The position numbers were made by a program, and so were the translations under genes. This document shows, one piece after another, positions 12,861-27,030 of a stretch of 64,000 nt of DNA. Every line of letters starts with the position of its first letter. Within the stretch, counting starts at the first letter, position 1. The stretch spans positions 24,492,001-24,556,000 of the forward strand of contig CM075989.1 of the NCBI GenBank assembly GCA_038087875.1, written 5' to 3'. The notes below the pieces were generated by a model. That model saw only the letters and a program-made list of their open reading frames with translations. It ran no database searches and was not told the DNA's origin. This DNA is from Malacoraja senta (lineage: Eukaryota).

Positions 12861-14677
12861 TATGTCCTGACAACATTAATCAATATTGAAAAAAACATAT
12901 ATTTGTATATTTTTCAATTAACGTCTTTTGGTACAATTATTTTTCCTCTTACATTTTGATAAACAAACCATTTCAAATGCTACGTTTAGAGTGAACCATT
13001 CATTATTTGTATTCGGTCTGTGATAAACTTGCATGGTTTAATGGCTGTGCAGTTTTGAGGCACTAGTTTTAGGGTCTATAATGTGTTTGTTTGGCTGTCT
13101 TAAAACCTGCTTTGGCAGCAATTGCTCAATAAGAGAGGATCAGAAGTGCCAAAAGAGACTTAAATTCTCTTGAATAATGTGTTGCTTCTCTACAAAAGCA
13201 GGGCGGACAATGTTTACCATATGCTATATAGCTGAATGTTGTAGCCTGGCGTGAGGCTATTTGGCAGGTTTAGCCCGTGTTAATGCCAGCTCTTTAAGAA
13301 TTGTAGCATCATTAAATAGAGTTATTTTCTCTAATCTCTTTTCCCTGGTCAAATACTTATCCAATTCAACTTAACCGATTTTCATACTCCCAGATATTTT
13401 ATATTATGGTATGTACAGAAAAGTTCCACTTTTGTTTTACCTTTCAATCTTTATATTTAAGAATAATGTTTGTATTCCCAGTTTATTCTAATCTATCTTC
13501 ATTATGTTCTTTCTGGCTCTTTAATCTACGTCATGGAGTGTTTACGATTTATACTGTTCTCCAATTATCACCAAAAATGGTGACTTTTTCAACATTAAGC
13601 ATAGCCTTTTGTTTTAAGTATTTAAAATGTATACATAATACTCATGATGAGAAGGGTTTCGGCCCGAAACGTTACCTATTTCCTTCGCTCCATAGATGCT
13701 GCTGCACCCGCTGAGTTTCTCCAGCATTTTTGTGTACCTTCCATACTCATGATGTTGTTAGTTTATGCTTTGTTTTAATTATGTTCCCAATATTAAATAT
13801 CTACTTCATTTGATATATGAAACTCCTGTTCAGGATGAATTTCCTTTCGTTTTTTATTACCTCAAAATGTGCAACCACGTTTGCCTTTAATTTCTCACCT
13901 AAACTGGTCATTGTACCTTAATTGTCAGTTTGTTGTTTTCATATATTCAAGCATATTTCATTTTTATTCAAATATCATAGAAATCTAAACTGCAAAAGTT
14001 GATAACTGCAAAATTGCATTCGGTATTGTGATATCCTTAAAATGTTCAATTAGCTAAGCACAATCCATGCCGGTTTAATTTCAGCCCTCATTATGGATAA
14101 CCACAGTAAGACAAAGGGCTTTTCTTTACTTTACTCTTGGGGAATACTATATTTGTTCATGCATTCACGGTACTGTAGCTCATTAATTTATTAACTTAAA
14201 ATGGCCATTCTTCACAACTAAGCCTCCATAATAGAGTCAGCATATTCAAATAGGTGGTAGGACATGGAAATCCAAGCCCAGCGTGATTTGCCATCTTCTA
14301 GTACCCACTGACAAATGCTTCCTATCACGAGTTGCAAGATAGAAATTAAAACCACAAGTCAAATTGGTTCCATTGCACCTCCTCACTTCGGCTTGTCTCC
14401 TGCTCACCATGCTGCTCTTGGGTCGAAATAAACCAACTTAGGGCAGTCCACAGGTTAAATCTGGCCCTTATTATGGGCCAGCACCACATTACCTACCCTG
14501 CTACTGAGGAAATAATATGTATGTATTAGTATTAGGTTATCCATCTGCACTCTGAGGATCAAAGAAGGTGTGTAATTATTTGCTGGTGAATTCTGCAAAT
14601 GCTGCATTTTTTTTTCTCTCAGGGACTGTTGTCAGGACCATGTATTACACGATTTAGAGATGATGTATTATGTTTAT

Positions 14678-14854
14678 CCTGTGTATGTGTATGCATGTAG
14701 TTTGTGTGTGTGGCTCTGTGTGTGTGTCTTTGTATGTTTGTGTGTGTGTTTGTATATGTGTGAGTGTGTGTCTGTGTGTTTGTGTCTGTGTTTGTGTCTG
14801 AGTGTGTGTGTCTGTATGTCTCCGTGTGTGTGTGCACGTGTGTGAGTGCACGTG
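14678..14854. repeat. Degenerate (TG)n microsatellite
   Basis: Seen directly in the sequence. Confidence 0.95.
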
Positions 14855-17800
14855 TTGGTGGGTGGGGTGATAAGATGGAATTTAACACTGAAGTTTTTAT
14901 TATCATGTTTGCTTTGATGTGTAAAACTGTGATAAATGTGTGTTTTCATTTCCTGAAGCTTATTCAATTAGGATATAAAATTCAAAGTTAGTTCTATTTC
15001 AGATTTGTGGGGGGGGGGGGGGAAGCAACTAGTTTGTGAGATTGGGAAATGATAATCAGTTGTTAATGGAAATTTCAATATGCTCTTATCACTGAATGAG
15101 CCATAAACACAAGCATGATAAACCCAAGTAAATACTAATGAGCCAGTGCTAGGGAAAATAGATTGTCATTATTCGATTAGCCAGAAAATATGGCATAAAT
15201 TGAAAGATATTTATATATTTAATATCCTGCCTCATGTGAACCAGTTCTAAATATTTAATTGCAAAATGTTACATTATGTAATGTATCCTTGAAGTAATTT
15301 TTAGAAGGGAAATGTTACTGCATTGGCACCAGCGAGGCCACATCTAGAGTATTGTGAGAAGTTTGGGCCCCTAACTATGGAAGGATTCATTATCATTGCA
15401 TGCAGTTCAAAAAGATTCATTAGGATGATTTTGGGGTATGAAGGGATTGTAAGGTGGAATAGATCAGCTCTGTACAGACAAAATGTGTAGGAAGGAACTG
15501 CAGATGCTGGTTTAAACCGAAGATAGACACAAAATGCTGGAGTATTTCAGCGGGACAGGCAGAATCTCCGGAGAGAAGGAATGGGTGACGTTTTGTTTCA
15601 TGTCGAGACCCTTCTTCAGACTACTCAGGGGAAAGGGAAACAAGAGATATAGACAGTGATGAAGAGAGATATAGAACAAATGAATTAATATTTATTTCTC
15701 AGGTAGACAAACATGCTGGAGAATCTCAGCGGGTGAGGCAGCTTCTATGGAGAGAAGGAATAGGCGACGTTTCGGGTTGAGACCTTTCTTCAGAAGGACC
15801 CTAAACGTTGCCTATTCCTTCTCTCCATAGAACCCGCTGAGTTTCTCCAGCATTTTTGTCTACCTTCGATTTTTCCAGCATCTGCAGTTCTTTCTTAAAA
15901 AAATATTTATTTCTCAAACTTCAAGTAACCCCTGCATTCCCTCTCTCTCCATCCCCCCACCCAAGTCACACCAGGTTCCCGTTCTCACACAACAAACGGC
16001 TAACAATAGCCTATTTCCTTAATCATCATTACTTTTTTGCATATCTTTAATTCATTTGTTCTATATCTCTCTACATCACTGTCTATTTCTCTCGTTTCCC
16101 TTTCCCCTGACTAGCTATGAAGAAGGGCCTCGACCTGAAACATCATCCATTCCTTCTCTCCAGAGATTCTGCCTGTCCCGCTGAGTTACTCCAGCATTTT
16201 GTTTTTTCTAGCCCTGTACAGATGCTGCCTGACAATAAAGTTATCATCGAGAACAAGGAAGGAGTAGGAATATGGTGTTGGGCAAAGGGTCAACTGCTGA
16301 ATGGCAGAGCAGGTTGAAAGAATGTAATTACCTTCTTCTGTTCCTATTTTCTATTTCTGTGTTATGCAGAAGAATAGCAAAATATTATTTATTCGTTTTT
16401 ATATGGGTCCACACTCTTATTGTCCTTTTGAGGCTTTTTCTTGGCTAGTGTTTTACTATTTTATTTCATCCAGTAGCTTTTCTCTACCTCTGCCACAATG
16501 TTGGTCCTTATGTGAAAAAGTGCTCTCATGTGAATGAGTCTATTAAGAACCAATGACGTCCGTTATTAGTACAACTTAACATTCTTGCAAGCACCCGACT
16601 CGTGTTAAAGAGAGTTGAGAATGAAACAATATATAACTTAAAGTAAATAATTTATAATTTATATTATAAAGAGAAACATTTATCTGTCACAAAGTTAATA
16701 CTTAAATTGTAAGTCACTGAATTGCTTCCCTTAAATCAGTTATTGAATCATAAAAAATACACGAAGCACTTCAACCAATCTGGCCCGTTGTAGATTTTAC
16801 AAGGATGATCTAAGCTAATTTAATTTCAGTCATTTTTATGTAATGCAAATCAAAAAAGCTGCAAATGTAGGAAGCATGTCATTTTTATCTACACGGCTCT
16901 TGAAAGATGCAAGAGTTCTCAAATCACTTCATAAATCTGCTGGTAGACAAAACTTGATATAAAACCTCAAAAGGCATATGGCTTAAATAGGGAGGTTTTA
17001 AATATTTAAATATTTTAAAGAAGAAATTGGAGAGAGCGGGAGTGGGGTGGGTAAAATTGCCTGTGTTCAGGATCGTAGTAATTATATGTTGCAAACTTCC
17101 AGGTGCAGGAAAGGAGTGATTAATTTCTATGGTTATCCAAGGTCTGGAATTGGAGGACAGCATTTGTCTCATTGTGTTTTAGGGATGAAGTTCATTGCTG
17201 AGGTCCCAGATATCTCAGTGAGCACAAGGTTGATGGATGAATAGGACTGGGGCAATTTACACATGACAGCGGAGTTATCCATAACCAGGTTTACAGATGG
17301 TAGGAGGGAAAGGCCAACCAGGAATGCATTTGAGTAGTTAAGCCAAGATAGAATAATGGCGTGGTTGATATTTTTTCAGGTTTCCTCTGTAGTGTCTTTA
17401 ATGTTAAAACTCAACAAAGATTTAGTTATGTTTGAACCCCTTTAATAAACAAAGCTAATTTTGTAGGATGAGCCTTTTCCCCAGATTTCTGATGAAAAAC
17501 ATTTGATACGTTCAGTTCCTTTAAGTGTGTGCACTTTTTTCACGTATTTAAGTACCATAGCCGTTCGGTGTGGTTCAGCTTTATGGAAAATTCTCTTGGT
17601 TTGGTCACTAGGAGATGCTGTATGCATAGACATTTCTCCCTACTCCGTATAGTGTGAACACCAGATGACCTAACAAGCTTCAAAATTAAACTCTGTGAAA
17701 TCTGGGTACATCTGTCAGCAAAAGACAAATTCATATGCGACTCCTCCAGTTCACGGCACTGTTTTCAGTCAAAACAGTTACCTGGGAGACTTGTTGGTAG

Positions 17801-18636
17801 AGGACATTCATGTTGCTCTTTGAAAGAGAAACCAAAGTTCGACTTGCAACCTCTATTGATATGGTAATGTTTCTGATAACGATGCTTCTTCTCTGTACTA
17901 TTTGTCACCATGTTAAAAAGTTATTCTTACACGTGCTTTGCATTCCTTTTATATTTGTTCTTCCTTATGCTACCGTACCGCACTAGCCACCAGCAACAGC
18001 TCCACTTACTCTGAATTCACCAAACTGTGCATTTACCTTTTGACTCAAGGCAGTCTACAAACAAACGGCTGAGCAAATAGCACACATCGCTAATAACGGA
18101 GCGCCAAATGCTTTAACTCTACCAGTTCAGGAAAATAGCTCATGAAGTTAATAACCTTCACTAGTACAACTAAATAGCTCATTATTATCGATCTTGAATG
18201 AAGGTTTTACAGTTCTGTTAGTTACTGAATAATTTCTAGTAATTTCAGATACTTTGGTCATTTTTTGATGAGCAGGCCTGAGAAATTGTTCTTCAAGGAA
18301 ACCTAAAAGGATGTGTAAGAAGGAACTGCAGATTCTGGTTTACACCAAAGATAGACTGGAGTAACTCAAGAATAGTTGACGTTTCGGGTCAAGGAAGGAT
18401 CTGAAACGTCACCTATTCCTTTTCTCCAGAGATGCTGCCTGACCAGCTGAGTTACTCCAGTTTTTTGTGTCTACAACCTAAAATAATGTGTTGCAGCAGC
18501 CACTGCAACAACAACATAATCTTCATCTTTGGAAGGTGTGCCAACACTGAAGATAAAGGCAAAGAGGTTGTTAGAGAAGACAACAAAAACTTGGACAAAG
18601 AGATAGATTTAAACAAAAATACTTTAAAGAATACTT

Positions 18637-19709
18637 TACTGCCTCCCAACTCCACCCTGGCCCCACTACCTCCCAACTCCACCCTGGCCCCACTACCTCC
18701 CAACTCCACCCTGGCCCCACTACCTCCCAACTCCACCCTGGCCCTACTGCCTCCCAACTCCACTCTGGCCCTACTACCTCCCAACTCCACCCTGGCCCTA
18801 CTGCCTCCCAACTCCACCCTGTCCCTATTGCCTCCCAACTCCACCCTGGCCCTACTGCCTCCCAACTCCACCCTGGCCCTACTACCTCCCAACTCCACCC
18901 TGGCCCTACTACCTTCCAACTCCACCCTGGCCCTACTACCTCCCAACTCCACCCTGGCCCTACTGCCTCCCAACTCCACCCTGGCCCTACTGCCTCCCAA
19001 CTCCACCCTGGCCCTACTACCTCCCAACTCCACCCTGGCCCTACTGCCTCCCAACTCCACCCTGTCCATATTGCCTCCCAACTCCACCCTGGCCCTACTG
19101 CCTCCCAACTCCACCCTGGCCCTACTACCTCCCAACTCCACCCTGGCCCTACTACCTCCCAACTCCACCCTGGCCCTACTACCTCCCAACTCCACCCTGG
19201 CCCTACTGCCTCCCAACTCCACCCTGGCCCCACTACCTCCCAACTCCACCCTGGCCCTACTATCTCCCAACTCCACCCTGGCCCTCCTGCCTCCCAACTC
19301 CACCCTGGCCCTACTACCTCCCAACTCCACCCTGGCCCTACTATCTCCCAACTCCACCCTGGCCCTATTGCCTCCCAACTCCACCCTGGCCCTACTGCCT
19401 CCCAACTCCACCCTGGCCCTACTGCCTCCCAACTCCACCCTGGCCCTATTGCCTCCCAACTCCACCCTGGCCCTACTGCCTCCCAACTCCACCCTGGCCC
19501 TATTGCCTCCCAACTCCACCCTGGCCCTACTGCCTCCCAACTCCACCCTGGCCCTACTGCCTCCCAACTCCACCCTGGCCCTATTGCCTCCCAACTCCAC
19601 CCTGGCCCTACTGCCTCCCAACTCCACCCTGGCCCTATTGCCTCCCAACTCCACCCTGGCCCTACTGTCTCCCAACTCCACCCTGGCCCTACTGCCTCCC
19701 AACTCCACC
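18637..19709. repeat. 27-bp minisatellite, about 40 copies (cctcccaactccaccctggccctactg)
   Basis: Direct tandem periodicity. It explains the PPNSTLALL, VELGGSRAR and GPGWSWEAV pseudo-ORFs. Confidence 0.98.
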
Positions 19710-21044
19710 AGGGGTGACTTAGAGGAAACCAGAGCACCGAGGGGAAATCAAAATAATTAAAGGCAAGTTCCACAAAGACAGGAGGTCTGCGTTGAACTTG
19801 GGACCCAGTAAATGGACAAGAGCTATTCAGGAACCCAAGCTCTAATGGCAATGAGCATCTTGTTTAAATATTAATAACGATGAAGAAATAGAGAAATTAA
19901 AGAGCCTAATCTGCTGGTAATGATGGCCAGCACCCTAAGCCACGAGAAGAGATAATTGTGAAGGATATGGATGCATTAGAGCTGATCTTTGTAATATATT
20001 GTGGAACAGACCCAACCAATGAGGAATAGTAAACATGTCTACATTTTACTAGCATTGGTTCACTATTGTCACCTGTACCAAGATGCAGCAAAAAGCTTTT
20101 GTTAATGCACTACCCAGATAAATCATATTATACATGAGTATAATCCAGCCATACACATGTACACAAGTCGTACAAGAAGAAAAATACCAAAATGCAGAAT
20201 ATAGTTTTACAGTATTATTGTGTTTGTTACTGGGCAATGTTTGCCTATAGCCTCCCAATGCCCTTTACTCTCAATTATCAGCATTTTGTAAGCTGAAATG
20301 CTTGAAGCTATACCTGTAGATTTTCTAGGTATGTAGCAGTAAATAGTGATTTTCTATTCCTATAGCAATACTGATTACTCAATACTGATCTTTAAGGATC
20401 ACCGTTGGAAGGTTCCCTCCAGACTGAGAAGTCTGCTCATTACTACATTTGGCATTCTGTACCTTGGTCATTTTTGTAGCCAAGCATCATAACTTATAAT
20501 TCTTCAGTCTGAAGAAGGGTTTCGGCCTGAAACGTTGCCTATTTCCTTCGCTCCATAGATGCTGCCGCACCCGCTGAGTTTCTCCAGCAATTTTGTCAAA
20601 CTTATAATTTCATGCTCTTCAATTTTAATAATAAATCTATTACGTGGTACTCAAATTAGAAAACCCAAATGCACATCAGTCACTGCATCCTTTTATGTAC
20701 TCTTTGTGACTTCATCAAATATCGTTAGTCAAACACAATATTCAGTTAACAAATCCATACTTACAGTTTATTAACTAATATTTGTCCAAGCTTCTGAAGA
20801 AGGGTCTTGACCCGAAACATTGCCTATTTCCTTCGCTCCATAGATGCTGCCTCACCCGCTGAGTTTCTCCAGCATTTTTGTGTACCTTTGTCCAAGCTTC
20901 AATTGATTTTGTCTTGGGTTATGTGCAACTGACATGAAGCTTTACTTTTTATAAAGGGTTCTAACATTTATTATCCTTTAGCTCTTCAGCTACCTATTGG
21001 TTCAAGGATTGCAAGATTATAGCCAAATCCTCAGAAATATCTAG

Positions 21045-21270
21045 TGTGTAGGAAGGAACTGCAGATGCTGGTTTCCATCGAAGATAGACACAAAAAGCTG
21101 GAGTAACTCAGCGGGACAGGCAGCATCTTTGAAGAGAAGGAATGGGTAACATTTTGGGTTGAGTCGGGTCAGGTTCTAAAGAAGGGTCTCTACCCGAAAC
21201 GTTACCCATTCCTTCTCTCCCGAGATGCTGCCTGACCCGCTGAGTTACTCCAGCATTTTGTGTTTACCTA
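21045..21270. mobile_element. Inverted pair of the dominant ~130-bp repeat, a probable Penelope-like terminal repeat; more than 30 copies or fragments in the window
   Basis: Consensus ctgaagaagggtctcgacccgaaacgtcacc...gatgctgcc...gctgagttactccagc...catctgcagttcc. Inverted pairs also occur at ~1486-1690, 3566-3771, 7794-7954, 15484-16205, 27566-27812, 34465-34702, 58765-58921 and 61192-61367. Confidence 0.7.
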
Positions 21271-22210
21271 AGGGATATGGGGAGAAAGCAGGAACGGGTT
21301 ACTGATTTTGGATGATTCGCCATGATCATATTGAATGGCGGTGCTGGCTCAAAGGGCCGAATGGCCTACTCCTGCACCTATTTTCTTTGTAATCCCAATT
21401 TCTATACCATCCTTCATAAATATGTTTAACCAGGAATATTGTGTATCCCTTGTTTTAGTTATATCTGAATTACAGTTGTATTATATTGTCCCTTCTTGTA
21501 CTTGCAGATAGTCAAGCTTACAATGTTTAAACCCTACAATGTTTCATCTCTGTGTCAGAAATTCACTGACCCTGAAATTTCTGGTCAGTGCGTTGGCTGG
21601 AGTATTTCAGTCAGACCACATTACTAAGAAGATATTGCACTCTACTCTTCTACAAATATATTAATGAGCAGTATTAAAGATGGCTTTTGTATGTCTGTGT
21701 CACCGTAATTATCCCTATTCATGCGATCAATATTTCTGCTTTAAATTCCTTTGTTCATTTTGTTGCTTGTAATTGCAGGTCCACGCAAGTGGTGGCACTG
21801 TTGCCCTGTATCTTCACAATTCTAATCTCCCCTCTACTACAGGGATCTCCCTCACTCTCTGCTCATCTGATTCCTAAATCGTGACAGCACGGTCTGAGAA
21901 CCTTTTTAAAATTCAGGACATGTTTCTTTTTTTGAAGAAAGAAAATGGAAAATGGTGCACCTTTCCATTTACCGTATGGTTTTTTAAAATCCATTCAGAA
22001 TAAATGTCCACAAACACATTCTTATCAGCGGTTGAACACAAAACTTAGATTAAAGATGGGAGATATTTCACTTTCCATAATACAAACAAGTAAAACCTCA
22101 AATTTATTGAACCGTAAAAATTTCAAGCTAACATTAAAGTAATTTGCAAAATTAATTTATTTGCATTAAACAGTGATGACAATTGGGTTTTTTTAAAAAC
22201 CTCTTAAATG

Positions 22211-22806
22211 CATATAACCATATAACCATATAACCATAACAGCATGGAAACAGGCCATCTCGGCCCTTCAAGTCCGTGCCGAACATTAAAAAAAAATTTT
22301 TTTTAAATTAAAAATAAATACTTTTTCCTAGTCCCATCTACCTGCATTCAGACCATAACCCTCCATTCCTTTCCCGTCCATATACCCATCCAATCTATTT
22401 TTAAAGGATAACATCGAACCTGCCTCCACCACTTCCACTGGAAGCTCATTCCACACAGCTACCACTCTCTGAGTAAAGAAGTTCCCCCTAATGTTCCCCC
22501 TAAACTTCTGTCCCTTAATTCTCAAGTCATGTCCCCTTGTTTGAATCTTCCCTACTCTCAATGGGAAAAGCTTATCCACGTCCACTCTGTCTAACCCGCT
22601 CATAATTTTAAAGACCTCTATCAAGTCCCCTCTTAACCTTCTGCGCTCCAAAGAATAAAGACCTAACTTGTTCAACCTTTCTCTGTAACTTAGTTGCTGA
22701 AACCCAGGCAACATTCTAGTAAATCTCCTCTGTACTCTCTCTATTTTGTTGACATCCTTCCTATAATTAGGCGACCAAAATTGTACTCCATACTCAAGAA
22801 TTGGCC
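22211..22806 (-). mobile_element. CR1-type LINE 3' fragment, relatively young
   Basis: ORF ...LEYGVQFWSPNYRKDVNKIERVQRRFTRMLPG...SLERRRLRGDLIEVFKI...TRGH..FFTQRVV, followed by an 8-bp (TTATATGG)n tail. Confidence 0.92.
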
Positions 22807-23139
22807 AGAATATAGAAAATTGATTCGCCCTTGTTAGGCTAACTTGTGATCCATTCCCCAATTCCCGGTCCTAACCTGAATTTATTTCTACACATTTTTC
22901 AGCCCAATTTCATGGATGGAGTAAAAAAAAGCTTTCAGCATTTTTCATGCACATATCCTGCAATCCATATTAGTTTTGAAGACAAAACATGGTTGTGCCG
23001 GTCCTTTAGTTGCCAATATTATTGCAACCATGCCGCTTGAGAGGAACTGCCATGTGGTTTGGTAAGGCAAGCCGTGTGATGTTACGTTGTACACTCAGCC
23101 ACATGTCAGATGTAAATACAACTCAGAGCAATGCATCAA

Positions 23140-23472
23140 AGTATTCTCAACGTGTACAAAATCATGAGAGGAATAGAGCTGGTAAACACACTGAGTCTGT
23201 TTCCCGGAGTAGGGGAATCGAGAGCCAGAGGACATAGGTTTAAGGTGAGGAGGGAAAGATTTAATAGGAACCTGAGGGGTAACTTTTGTACACAAAGGGT
23301 GGTGGGTGTATGGACCAAACTGCTGGCGGAGGTAAGTACTATCGCAACATTTAAGAAACATGGAGACAGGTACATGGATGGGATATGGGCCAAACGCAGA
23401 CAGGTGGGACTAGTGACATGTTGGTCACTGTGGGCAAGTTAGGCCAAAGGGCCTGTTTGCACACTCTATGAC
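23140..23472 (+). mobile_element. CR1 3' fragment; similar copies at ~24385-24735, 36020-36370, 39100-39510, 41187-41527 (+) and 49890-50345, 30065-30312 (-)
   Basis: YKIMRGI...GESRARGHRFKVR...RGNFCTQRVVGVW followed by the shared 3' UTR. Confidence 0.85.
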
Positions 23473-26400
23473 TGGTAGTTTAATTTAGTTTAGTTTAGAG
23501 ATACAGTGTGGTAATAGGCCCTTCGACCCAACAGGTTCACGCTGACCATCGATCACCTGTACTAGGTCTATGTTATCCCACTTTTACATCCAGTCCATGT
23601 GGCCTTGGAACAGTTTACCAAAGGCCAATCAATCTACAAACCTGCGTGTGCTTGAAATATGGGAAGAAACTGGAGCGCCTGCAGAAACGTCACACTGTCA
23701 CAGGGAGAACTTACAAACTCTGTACAGACAGCACCCATAGTCAGGATCAAACTCATGTCTCTGGCGCTGTAAGGCAGCAACTCTATCGCTGCCCCACTAG
23801 GCTGCCCCAGTAAACTAAGGTCAACAGAATTGGAGTATTTTTCAAGCATTTCCCTTTAAAAAAATATTTTATCTTAATGTTTGGGGTAAATAATTGTACA
23901 ATGGTGTATTTAATCATGCAAAGTTAAGTGTACAAACTTGAAGGCTAATGAAATGGAGGAGGACTAACAATGTTTGTGAGGGGCTTACATTTTGGTCAGA
24001 AGAATGAGGAGATGGAAAACAAACTGAAGGCACAGTTTGAAAATGAGTAAAATACAGAGGTCTGGGATACAGGTTGATGCTTCATTGAGAGTGGCAGGCG
24101 GGTTGAGAAAGTAATTGAAAAGCCGAACAGTATCCTATGCTCTGTTTATAAACCATCGGGGTAGCAGTGTCATGATGAAGCATTGTAAAATATCAGAAGG
24201 TAGACAAAAATGCTGGAGAAACTCAGCGGGTGCAGCAGCATCTATGGAGCGAAGGAAATAGGGAACGTTTCGGGCCAAAACCCTTCTTCGGATATTGTAA
24301 AATATCATCTTGGCCACAAATGGATTATTGTGAACAGTTCCGGGTGCCACTCTTTTGAGAATGTTTGCACACTTGTTTTCTTTTAGATGTGTATAAGATC
24401 TTCAGTGGAATAGATAGGATGTATACACAGGTTGGTTTTTTTTAAAGGGTAGGGGAATCAAGAACCAAAGGACATAGTTTTAAGGTGAGAGGGGAAAGAT
24501 TTAATAGGAATCTGAGGGGCATCTTTTTCATACAGAGGGTGGTGGGTGTATGGAACGAGCTGCCAGAGGAAGTAGTTGAGGCAGGAACTATAACAACATT
24601 TAGGAGACAAGGTTTAGAGGGATATGGGCAAAATGCAGACAGGTGGGACTAGTGTAGTTGGGGCACCTTGGTCAGCATGGGCAAGTTGGGCCAAAGGATC
24701 TGTTTCCATAGTATATGATGCTATATCTCTATGACATTGGAGAGAATGCGGAAGAGATTTATGCTTCCAAGCATGAAAGACCTTCGCAATATAAATATAC
24801 TAAAGACATTGAGGTTATTCTATTTGGAAAATTTACAAACTAATCTGCAATCGTTAATAGTATCGATAGAGTAGGTAAATAGAAACATTCCATTGGCAGA
24901 AAGTTTCAACAACCATGGGGCATGGAGTGAAGGTGATTGGCAAACAAATCCGAGGTTGCATGAAGAATATAGTTTTGCATCTTGGGTGGGTCAGGTCTGC
25001 AGGTGTAGTAATGGATGCAGCTTTAATCCTGGCATTCGAAAGGAAGCTCGGCAAGTATTCCACAATACGTGGTTTGCAATGGTGTGGAGACGGGTATGGG
25101 ACTGCAACAACTGGTTGCCAGCTCTTGTGTATGGCCCACATGGCCACCTGTGATTGAGTCATACTGTAAACTTCTAGAATTGTCAGTTGACGTACGTACG
25201 TCTCTGATAGTATTATTTATATATTTTATAAGTCGTCATCATTTATGAATGGTGTTAAACAAAGTGCATGAGTAACTGAATTAAACAATATATTGATTTA
25301 ACCATTAATCATTTACACAAACGGCAGAGTTTTTAAACAGCTAGATTTTGGTTTGCTTTCTAGATAACGGATTAATAAAGTTTATTTAGAAATAATGCCA
25401 CAGTATGCATGAAACTTCCTGAGTATATGTTTCTCCCTCAGCATGGTATTTTTCTCAGTAAATGCCCATTTATTTGAGCTTGATGCTAAATAGTCTGATA
25501 CAGTTGCCTACTTGTTTTGTTTTCCTCCTTGCCATGAGATTAGTCTGCATTTAAAGCAAAAGATCATTCTCATTGTGTGCAACAAAACAAAACTAGAATT
25601 ATAGTGAGATGTCAGACGAGCTCTTTGTAGGGAGGATCTTCATCAGCAGTCAGTACGTTGTGCCAAAGGCAGTGGATTGCATGAACTATTTATATGCTAG
25701 CTGAGTGGTTTCCCAGGACACCATTAACTATTGACAGTGCCTCCTGCTGTGAAAAACTAAAACTTCCACAGAGGCATCAGGCATTCATCACTATGCAAAC
25801 ATTCGATGGACACATTTGGCTTCTTGCATTGACAACATTGTTAAGGCAATGATCTGATTTTAGTTTAGTTCATTTTAGAGATACAGTGTGGAAAGAGGCC
25901 CTTCGGCCCACCGAGTCCACACCGACCAGCGATCCCTGCACGTTAACACTATCCTACGCACACAAGGAACAATTTACAAATTACCTACAAATGTGTACGT
26001 CTTGCGGGAGGAAACCAGAGATCCCGTGGAAAACCCACGCAGGTCATGGGGAGAATGTACAAACTCCGTACAGATAAGCACCCATAGTCGGGTTCGAGCC
26101 CGGGTCTCTGGCACCATAAGGCAGCAATTCTACCGCTGCGCCACCGTGTTTCTGATGACCAGAACTGTCAGGTGTTGCAACTTGTTCTCTCTGTTCCAAA
26201 GAAAGGCATGTTGTATCCTGAAACTATGAACATATTTGTTAAGGTTTTTTTTTTTACCTACAGGAACATAGTCTAATCCTGATAATTTAAGGGTTTAGAA
26301 AAAAAGTTTAATATGTCTTAGATACATTTTTTGAAAGCAATTCAAATTATGTGACTGTGTAGAATTAGTTATTAAAGCAAACAAATCATTTTAATTGAAC

Positions 26401-27030
26401 TGGCTAAATCAAACAAGTAAAAACATTGGGTCACTGTGTTAAGATATTTGAAAGCGATTTTGATTGAAAAAAAGCAAAACAAAAGTAAATGTTAATCAAG
26501 GACTGATCAAGAAAACGCCAGCTGGTTGACAAATAGATCATATCTTTAAGTAGCAAGCATCTGCTTTCAATTAACATCAATTACAGGTACTTTCTATATT
26601 TTCTGCTGGACATTGGAGTAAATACTGTGAAAATCTTTCATCAAACGATTCTTGTAGCAGAAATAAAAAGAGAGATGCTCTCATTGCAGTTCAGCTTATG
26701 AAAACGAGAGCTTTATGTTTCAGTCAAACAGCCCACAGAGTTTGCTGTCAACTATATAGAAGCAGAGCAATGTGTACAATAGGATGTAGATACAAGGAAC
26801 TGCAGATGTTGGTTTATAAAAAAAAACAAAGCGCTGGAGTAACTCAGCTGGGCAGTCAGCGTATCTGGAATACGTGGATAGGCACAAAATGCTGGAGTAA
26901 CTCAGCAGGACAGGCAGCGTCTCTGGAGAGAAGGAATGGGTGAGACATTTCAGGTCAAGACGTGGATAGGCGATGTTTCCAGTCAAGATCCTTCTTCAGA
27001 CTAATTGTAGTAATGGTGGAGAAAGGCGGA

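Noticed and set aside
14619..14991. His/Thr-rich and Cys/Val-rich ORFs
   Set aside because: Translations of a (TG)n microsatellite.
18432..19851. Three ORFs over 400 aa on both strands
   Set aside because: Artefacts of a 27-bp (multiple of 3) minisatellite that lacks stops in these frames; no supporting gene structure.
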